From Auanema rhodensis (taxonomy: Eukaryota; Animalia; Nematoda): DNA of 64,000 nt. The translations under genes were made by a program, and so were the position numbers. Shown piece after piece: positions 1-8,900 of the stretch. The notes beneath the pieces are model-generated. The model was not told the DNA's origin. It was given only the letters and a program-made list of their open reading frames with translations, and searched no databases. The stretch's first letter is position 1. Each line of letters begins with the position of its first letter. The stretch lies in NCBI GenBank assembly GCA_964057225.1, contig OZ059900.1, positions 2,046,001 through 2,110,000 of the forward strand. Reading direction: 5' to 3'.

Positions 1-1599
1 TAAACGCTAGTGATGTTTAAATACTGAATTTCGCTCAAATAGCATTACTACACTAAGTATGGTCGTTTTTATGCCTTTAACACCATATACTCACCGATTT
101 TTGGTACAAAATCTGTAATACTCGTAAATTTTGATCATATTCGTTAAGATTTGAGAATCAAACATACAATACACAAAATCAGTCTATTTTTATGAGCTTG
201 CACTGATATATACTCATTTTGATCAAAAAAGGTCGAAAATAGAAAGAATTTTTGAAATTTACGAGTTTTGAATCTAATTTGGCTAAATCGCTCATATATA
301 TGATCAAAAGCATAGTTTTACTGTCTATGATAACAAAAGTCTTCAAATATACACTAATAATGATTAAATCACTGAATTTCACTCAAATAGCATTACTACA
401 CTAAGTATGGTCGTTTTCATGCCTTTAACACCATATACTCACCGATTTTTGGTACAAAATCTGTGATACTCGTAAATTCTGATCATATTTGGTGAGATTC
501 GAGAATCAAACACACAATACACGAAATCAGTCTATTTTTATGAGCTTGCACTGATATATATTCATTTTGATCAAAAAAGGTCGAAAATAGAAAGAATTTT
601 TGAAATTTCCGAGTTTTTAGTCTAATTTGGCTAAATCGCTCATATATATGATCAAAAGCATAGTTTTATTGTCTATGACAACAAAAGTCATAAATTAAAC
701 GCTAGTGATGTTTAAATACTGATTTTCGCTCAAATAGCATTACTACACTAAGTATGGTCGTTTTTATGCCTTTAACACCATATACTCACCGATTTTTGGT
801 ACAAAATCTGTGATACTCGTAAATTTTGATCATATTCGTTAAGATTTGAGAATCAAACACACAATAAACAAAATCAGTCTATTTTTATGAGCTTGCACTG
901 ATATATATTCATTTTGATCAAAAAAGGTCGAAAATAGAAAGAATTTTTGAATTTTCCGAGTTTTGAGTCTAATTTGGCTAAATCGCTCATATATATGATC
1001 AAAAGCATAGTTTTATTGTCTATGACAACAAAAGTCATCAATTAAACGCTAGTGATGTTTAAATACTGAATTTCACTCAAATAGCATTACTACACTAAGT
1101 ATGGTCGTTTTTATGCCTTTAACACCATATACTCACCGATTTTTGGTACAAAATCTGTGATACTCGTAAATTTTGATCATATTCGGTGAGATTCGAGGAT
1201 CGAACACACAATACACGAAATATGTTTATTTTGACGAGTTTGCACTGATATTTATTCATTTTGATCAAAAAAGGTCGAAAATAGAAAGAATTTTTGAAAT
1301 TTCCGAGTTTTGAGTCTAATTTGGCTAAATCGCTCATATACATGATCAGAAGCATAGTTTTATTGTCTATGACAACAAAAGTCATCAATTAAACGCTAGT
1401 GATGTTTAAATACTGATTTTCGCTCAAATAGCATTACTACACTAAGTATGGTCGTTTTTATGCCTTTAACACCATATACTCACCGATTTTTGGTACAAAA
1501 TCTGTAATACTCGTAAATTTTGATCATATTCGTTAAGATTTGAAAATCAAACACACAATAAACAAAATCAGTCTATTTTTATGAGCTTGCACTGATATA
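1..1599. repeat. Satellite DNA tandem array, 347-348 bp monomer (left segment, runs off window start)
   Basis: Invariant blocks such as CATTACTACACTAAGTATGGTCGTTT and TTTTGATCAAAAAAGGTCGAAAATAGAAAGAATTT recur every 347-348 bp. The last monomer is cut at ACTGATATA by the transposon. Confidence 0.98.
1598..1599. other. TA target-site duplication (partner at 2903-2904)
   Basis: Comparison with empty paralogous monomers (TA at 10540-10541 and 16789-16790) shows a net gain of 1305 bp = 1303 + TA. Confidence 0.95.
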
Positions 1600-1625
1600 C
1601 AGGGTGGCCCATAAGTATTGAGACA
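1600..1625 (+). repeat. Terminal inverted repeat (26 bp), downstream of the transposase
   Basis: CAGGGTGGCCCATAAGTATTGAGACA is the exact reverse complement of 2877-2902. An imperfect inward extension (ATTCAAA) follows after a mismatch/indel. Confidence 0.97.
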
Positions 1626-1706
1626 CATTCAAAAAGTCATAAATGAAACAAAAAATAACCAAATCCTAAATAATTTACTAGTAATGTACATTGTTCATTT
1701 GTTCAA

Positions 1707-2747
1707 CTATTTATCAAGAAATTGCTCAAAATGTCCTCCTTTTGCTTTCTTACAGGCTTCGAGTCTTGTTCGCACTGAGTGTACCGTGGCTCGCAGGTAT
1801 TCCTCGTCTAGAGAGTCCCATGCTTTCTTCAAATCACGTTTGAGAGTTTCCAAATTTTGGGAGGACTTAGCTGATAATTTGTGTTCCAACACACTCCATA
1901 CTGAAAAATCCATAGGGTTCAGATCTGGCGAATTGCTGGGCCAGATATCTTTGCCCCAGAATCCTGGTAAAATCCTCGAACAGAGCTCAATTGTGCTTTT
2001 TGCACCATGGGCTGGTGCCCAATCTTGCTGAAGGGTGATGCTACTGTCTGAATGTTGCTCTTGGGTCCACGGTAAAACCACTTCTTGTAGAATCTTCTCC
2101 TGATAGTATTTTGCGTTGATCTTGCATCCTTTTTCGACAAAGACGAGTGGTGTTTTCCCTGTCGATGTTATTCCTCCCCACACCATTATGCTCTGTGGGT
2201 AATGGCTTCTTTCTGCTATCCTCCTTTTAGCAGAGTACTTTTCTCCAGTGTGGAGCAATTGACGGCTGTTCTGTCGATTGGGCTTGGGCTCCACAGTAAA
2301 AATCTTCTCGTCTGTCCATAAAACGGCATCGATGCGAGCCCCCTCTAAATTCTGAAGTAAAACATTACATTTTTCAAGTCGATTTTTCTTCATTTGTTCT
2401 GTCAGCCTGTGTCCTCTTAGAATACGATAAGAATGAAAACCTAAATCGTTTTTTACGATCCGCTGAACCGTTGATCGAGATAATTCCATCTGTGAAGCAA
2501 TTTTATTCAGGCTTACACTATCGTTCCTAGCTATTCTGCATCTGATAGCTTTTCGTGTACGCGGAGTATTCACTGTTCTGGGTCTTCCAGGTTTTGATTT
2601 AACCTCAATGTGACCTTGATCTCTAAACTGTTTTAAAACTCTGTAAACAGAGCTTCGTGGTATTTGGAGACTTCTAACAATTTCCATCGGCTTGAGTCCC
2701 TGTTCGAAAAGATGAACGATGGAGGCACGATGTACTGAAGGCTTCAT
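1707..2747 (-). CDS. DD37D (maT-type) Tc1/mariner transposase, 346 aa, intronless
   Basis: Two N-terminal HTH-like regions joined by a GRPR linker. Catalytic triad D146 (WTDEKIF), D242 (QQDWAPAH), D280 (WPSNSPDLNPMDFSVW), with 37 residues between the second and third D. MVWGGI motif and C-terminal GGHFE. No stops or frameshifts. Confidence 0.96.
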   Translation of the reverse strand: MKPSVHRASIVHLFEQGLKPMEIVRSLQIPRSSVYRVLKQFRDQGHIEVKSKPGRPRTVNTPRTRKAIRCRIARNDSVSLNKIASQMELSRSTVQRIVKNDLGFHSYRILRGHRLTEQMKKNRLEKCNVLLQNLEGARIDAVLWTDEKIFTVEPKPNRQNSRQLLHTGEKYSAKRRIAERSHYPQSIMVWGGITSTGKTPLVFVEKGCKINAKYYQEKILQEVVLPWTQEQHSDSSITLQQDWAPAHGAKSTIELCSRILPGFWGKDIWPSNSPDLNPMDFSVWSVLEHKLSAKSSQNLETLKRDLKKAWDSLDEEYLRATVHSVRTRLEACKKAKGGHFEQFLDK

Positions 2748-2798
2748 AACTTTTTCTAAATATAATCACAAAAGCTGTCAATGTGCTCAAAAAGTCTC

Positions 2799-2807
2799 CT
2801 TATATAC
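2799..2807 (-). promoter_or_regulatory. Candidate TATA box of the transposase gene
   Basis: Minus strand reads GTATATAAG about 52 bp upstream of the ATG at 2747. It fits the extended TATA consensus GTATAWWAG. Confidence 0.5.
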
Positions 2808-2876
2808 CCGAGCCTAAAAGTTTTGTGAACATGTTTTTTTGACCTAGTTTTTTTTTTAAAAAAATTATTTGAATTT

Positions 2877-2902
2877 TGTCTCAATACTTATGGGCCACCC
2901 TG
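2877..2902 (-). repeat. Terminal inverted repeat (26 bp), upstream of the transposase
   Basis: TGTCTCAATACTTATGGGCCACCCTG followed by TA. Confidence 0.97.
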
Positions 2903-5900
2903 TATATTCATTTTGATCAAAAAAGGTCGAAAATAGAAAGAATTTTTGAAATTTACGAGTTTTGAATCTAATTTGGCTAAATCGCTCATATATATGATCA
3001 AAAGCATAGTTTTACTGTCTATGATAACAAAAGTCTTCAAATATACACTAATAATGATTAAATCACTGAATTTCACTCAAATAGCATTACTACACTAAGT
3101 ATGGTCGTTTTCATGCCTTTAACACCATATACTCACCGATTTTTGGTACAAAATCTGTAATACTTGTAAATTTTGATCATATTCGTTAAGATTCGAGAAT
3201 CAAACACACAATACACGAAATAAGTTTATTTTTACGAGTTTGCACTGATATTTATTCATTTTGATCAAAAAAGGTCGAAAATAGAAAGAATTTTTGAAAT
3301 TTCCGAGTTTTGAGTCTAATTTGGCTAAATCGCTCATATATATGATCAAAAGCATAGTTTTATTGTCTATGACAACAAAAGTCATCAATTAAACGCTAGT
3401 GATGTTTAAATACTGAATTTCGCTCAAATAGCATTACTACACTAAGTATGGTCGTTTTTATGCCTTTAACACCATATACTCACCGATTTTTGGTACAAAA
3501 TCTGTAATACTCGTAAATTTTGATCATATTCGTTAAGATTTGAGAATCAAACACACAATAAACAAAATCAGTCTATTTTTATGAGCTTGCACTGATATAT
3601 ATTCATTTTGATCAAAAAAGGTCGAAAATAGAAAGAATTTTTGAATTTTCCGAGTTTTGAGTCCAATTGGGCTAAATCGCTCATATATATGATCAAAAGC
3701 ATAGTTTTATTGTCTATAACAACAAAAGTCATCAATTAAACGCTAGTGATGTTTAAATACTGAATTTCACTCAAATAGCATTACTACACTAAGTATGGTC
3801 GTTTTTATGCCTTTAACACCATATACTCACCGATTTTTGGTACAAAATCTGTGATACTCGTAAATTTTGATCATATTCGGTGAGATTCGAGAATCAAACA
3901 CACAATACACAAAATAAGTTTATTTTTACGAGTTTGCACTGATATTTATTCATTTTGATCAAAAAAGGTCGAAAATAGAAAGAATTTTTGAAATTTCCGA
4001 GTTTTGAGTCTAATTTGGCTAAATCGCTCATATATATGATCAAAAGCATAGTTTTGTTGTCTATGACAACAAAAGTCATCAATTAAACGCTAGTGATGTT
4101 TAAATACTGAATTTCGCTCAAATAGCATTACTACACTAAGTATGGTCGTTTTTATGCCTTTAACACCATATACTCACCGATTTTTGGTACAAAATCTGTA
4201 ATACTCGTAAATTTTGATCATATTCGTTAAGATTTGAGAATCAAACATACAATACACAAAATCAGTCTATTTTTATGAGCTTGCACTGATATATACTCAT
4301 TTTGATCAAAAAAGGTCGAAAATAGAAAGAATTTTTGAAATTTACGAGTTTTGAATCTAATTTGGCTAAATCGCTCATATATATGATCAAAAGCATAGTT
4401 TTACTGTCTATGATAACAAAAGTCTTCAAATATACACTAATAATGATTAAATCACTGAATTTCACTCAAATAGCATTACTACACTAAGTATGGTCGTTTT
4501 CATGCCTTTAACACCATATACTCACCGATTTTTGGTACAAAATCTGTGATACTCGTAAATTCTGATCATATTTGGTGAGATTCGAGAATCAAACACACAA
4601 TACACGAAATCAGTCTATTTTTATGAGCTTGCACTGATATATATTCATTTTGATCAAAAAAGGTCGAAAATAGAAAGAATTTTTGAAATTTCCGAGTTTT
4701 TAGTCTAATTTGGCTAAATCGCTCATATATATGATCAAAAGCATAGTTTTATTGTCTATGACAACAAAAGTCATAAATTAAACGCTAGTGATGTTTAAAT
4801 ACTGATTTTCGCTCAAATAGCATTACTACACTAAGTATGGTCGTTTTTATGCCTTTAACACCATATACTCACCGATTTTTGGTACAAAATCTGTGATACT
4901 CGTAAATTTTGATCATATTCGGTGAGATTCGAGGATCGAACACACAATACACGAAATATGTTTATTTTGACGAGTTTGCACTGATATTTATTCATTTTGA
5001 TCAAAAAAGGTCGAAAATAGAAAGAATTTTTGAAATTTCCGAGTTTTGAGTCTAATTTGGCTAAATCGCTCATATACATGATCAGAAGCATAGTTTTATT
5101 GTCTATGACAACAAAAGTCATCAATTAAACGCTAGTGATGTTTAAATACTGATTTTCGCTCAAATAGCATTACTACACTAAGTATGGTCGTTTTTATGCC
5201 TTTAACACCATATACTCACCGATTTTTGGTACAAAATCTGTAATACTCGTAAATTTTGATCATATTAGTTAAGATTTGAAAATCAAACACACAATAAACA
5301 AAATCAGTCTATTTTTATGAGCTTGCACTGATATATATTCATTTTGATCAAAAAAGGTCGAAAATAGAAAGAATTTTTGAAATTTACGAGTTTTGAGTCT
5401 AATTTGGCTAAATCGCTCATATATATGATCAAAAGCATAGTTTTACTGTCTATGATAACAAAAGTCTTCAAATATACACTAATAATGTGTAAATCACTGA
5501 ATTTCACTCAAATGCATTACTACACTAAGTATGGTCGTTTTTATGCCTTTAACACCATATACTCACCGATTTTTGGTACAAAATCTGTAATACTTGTAAA
5601 TTTTGATCATATTCGTTAAGATTCGAGAATCAAACACACAATACACGAAATAAGTTTATTTTTACGAGTTTGCACTGATATTTATTCATTTTGATCAAAA
5701 AAGGTCGAAAATAGAAAGAATTTTTGAAATTTCCGAGTTTTGAGTCTAATTTGGCTAAATTGCTCATATACATGATCAGAAGCATAGTTTTATTGTCTCT
5801 GACAACAAAAGTCATCAATTAAACGCTAGTGATGTTTAAATACTGATTTTCGCTCAAATAGCATTACTACACTAAGTATGGTCGTTTTTATGCCTTTAAC

Positions 5901-8900
5901 ACCATATACTCACCGATTTTTGGTACAAAATCTGTAATACTCGTAAATTTTGATCATATTCGTTAAGATTTGAGAATCAAACACACAATAAACAAAATCA
6001 GTCTATTTTTATGAGCTTGCACTGATATATATTCATTTTGATCAAAAAAGGTCGAAAATAGAAAGAATTTTTGAATTTTCCGAGTTTTGAGTCTAATTTG
6101 GCTAAATCGCTCATATATATGATCAAAAGCATAGTTTTATTGTCTATGACAACAAAAGTCATCAATTAAACGCTAGTGATGTTTAAATACTGAATTTCAC
6201 TCAAATAGCATTACTACACTAAGTATGGTCGTTTTTATGCCTTTAACACCATATACTCACCGATTTTTGGTACAAAATCTGTGATACTCGTAAATTTTGA
6301 TCATATTCGGTGAGATTCGAGGATCGAACACACAATACACGAAATATGTTTATTTTGACGAGTTTGCACTGATATTTATTCATTTTGATCAAAAAAGGTC
6401 GAAAATAGAAAGAATTTTTGAAATTTCCGAGTTTTGAGTCTAATTTGGCTAAATCGCTCATATACATGATCAGAAGCATAGTTTTATTGTCTATGACAAC
6501 AAAAGTCATCAATTAAACGCTAGTGATGTTTAAATACTGATTTTCGCTCAAATAGCATTACTACACTAAGTATGGTCGTTTTTATGCCTTTAACACCATA
6601 TACTCACCGATTTTTGGTACAAAATCTGTAATACTCGTAAATTTTGATCATATTCGTTAAGATTTGAAAATCAAACACACAATAAACAAAATCAGTCTAT
6701 TTTTATGAGCTTGCACTGATATATATTCATTTTGATCAAAAAAGGTCGAAAATAGAAAGAATTTTTGAAATTTACGAGTTTTGAATCTAATTTGGCTAAA
6801 TCGCTCATATATATGATCAAAAGCATAGTTTTATTGTCTATGACAACAAAAGTCATCAATTAAACGCTAGTGATGTTTAAATACTGAATTTCGCTCAAAT
6901 AGCATTACTACACTAAGTATGGTCGTTTTCATGCCTTTAACACCATATACTCACCGATTTTTGGTACAAAATCTGTAATACTTGTAAATTTTGATCATAT
7001 TTGTTAAGATTTGAAAATCAAACACACAATAAACAAAATCAGTCTATTTTTATGAGCTTGCACTGATATATATTCATTTTGATCAAAAAAGGTCGAAAAT
7101 AGAAAGAATTTTTGAAATTTACGAGTTTTGAATCTAATTTGGCTAAATCGCTCATATACATGATCAGAAGCATAGTTTTATTGTCTATGACAACAAAAGT
7201 CATCAATTAAACGCTAGTGATGTTTAAATACTGATTTTCGCTCAAATAGCATTACTACACTAAGTATGGTCGTTTTTATGCCTTTAACACCATATACTCA
7301 CCGATTTTTGGTACAAAATCTGTAATACTCGTAAATTTTGATCATATTCGTTAAGATTTGAGAATCAAACACACAATAAACAAAATCAGTCTATTTTTAT
7401 GAGCTTGCACTGATATATATTCATTTTGATCAAAAAAGGTCGAAAATAGAAAGAATTTTTGAATTTTCCGAGTTTTGAGTCCAATTGGGCTAAATCGCTC
7501 ATATATATGATCAAAAGCATAGTTTTATTGTCTATAACAACAAAAGTCATCAATTAAACGCTAGTGATGTTTAAATACTGAATTTCACTCAAATAGCATT
7601 ACTACACTAAGTATGGTCGTTTTTATGCCTTTAACACCATATACTCACCGATTTTTGGTACAAAATCTGTGATACTCGTAAATTTTGATCATATTCGGTG
7701 AGATTCGAGAATCAAACACACAATACACAAAATAAGTTTATTTTTACGAGTTTGCACTGATATTTATTCATTTTGATCAAAAAAGGTCGAAAATAGAAAG
7801 AATTTTTGAAATTTCCGAGTTTTGAGTCTAATTTGGCTAAATCGCTCATATATATGATCAAAAGCATAGTTTTGTTGTCTATGACAACAAAAGTCATCAA
7901 TTAAACGCTAGTGATGTTTAAATACTGAATTTCGCTCAAATAGCATTACTACACTAAGTATGGTCGTTTTTATGCCTTTAACACCATATACTCACCGATT
8001 TTTGGTACAAAATCTGTAATACTCGTAAATTTTGATCATATTCGTTAAGATTTGAGAATCAAACATACAATACACAAAATCAGTCTATTTTTATGAGCTT
8101 GCACTGATATATATTCATTTTGATCAAAAAAGGTCGAAAATAGAAAGAATTTTTGAAATTTACGAGTTTTGAATCTAATTTGGCTAAATCGCTCATATAT
8201 ATGATCAAAAGCATAGTTTTACTGTCTATGATAACAAAAGTCTTCAAATATACACTAATAATGATTAAATCACTGAATTTCACTCAAATAGCATTACTAC
8301 ACTAAGTATGGTCGTTTTCATGCCTTTAACACCATATACTCACCGATTTTTGGTACAAAATCTGTAATACTTGTAAATTTTGATCATATTCGTTAAGATT
8401 CGAGAATCAAACACACAATACACGAAATAAGTTTATTTTTACGAGTTTGCACTGATATTTATTCATTTTGATCAAAAAAGGTCGAAAATAGAAAGAATTT
8501 TTGAAATTTCCGAGTTTTGAGTCTAATTTGGCTAAATCGCTCATATATATGATCAAAAGCATAGTTTTATTGTCTATGACAACAAAAGTCATCAATTAAA
8601 CGCTAGTGATGTTTAAATACTGAATTTCGCTCAAATAGCATTACTACACTAAGTATGGTCGTTTTTATGCCTTTAACACCATATACTCACCGATTTTTGG
8701 TACAAAATCTGTAATACTTGTAAATTTTGATCATATTCGTTAAGATTTGAAAATCAAACACACAATAAACAAAATCAGTCTATTTTTATGAGCTTGCACT
8801 GATATTTATTCATTTTGATCAAAAAAGGTCGAAAATAGAAAGAATTTTTGAAATTTCCGAGTTTTGAGTCTAATTTGGCTAAATCGCTCATATACATGAT

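Larger units (their letters stand above)
1600..2902 (-). mobile_element. Tc1/mariner superfamily DNA transposon, DD37D (maT) family, full length 1303 bp, probably autonomous
   Basis: Perfect 26-bp TIRs CAGGGTGGCCCATAAGTATTGAGACA. TA flanks both ends (1598-1599, 2903-2904). The empty satellite site reads ACTGATATATATTCA, and the joined flanks have exactly one extra TA. Single intact transposase ORF. Confidence 0.97.

Noticed and set aside
281-286. Telomere-like hexamer GGCTAA
   Set aside because: Single copy per monomer and not TTAGGC/GCCTAA; no tandem telomeric tract in the window.
590-612. Heat-shock element-like GAAnnTTC
   Set aside because: Only two correctly phased units; no complete nGAAnnTTCnnGAAn.
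1181-1200. CENP-B box-like TTCGGTGAGATTCGAG
   Set aside because: Spacing and terminal bases do not fit TTCG-N4-A-N2-CGGG, and it is present only in some monomers.
1618-2031. 137-aa plus-strand ORF
   Set aside because: Antisense shadow of the transposase, starting at a TTG inside the TIR, with no recognisable motif.
1919-2140. 73-aa minus-strand ORF
   Set aside because: Alternative frame inside the transposase with a non-ATG start and no independent support.
1707-2747. Bacterial IS630 or DD34E Tc1 assignment
   Set aside because: The third catalytic residue is D at 37-residue spacing (NPMD), and the context is a eukaryotic satellite.
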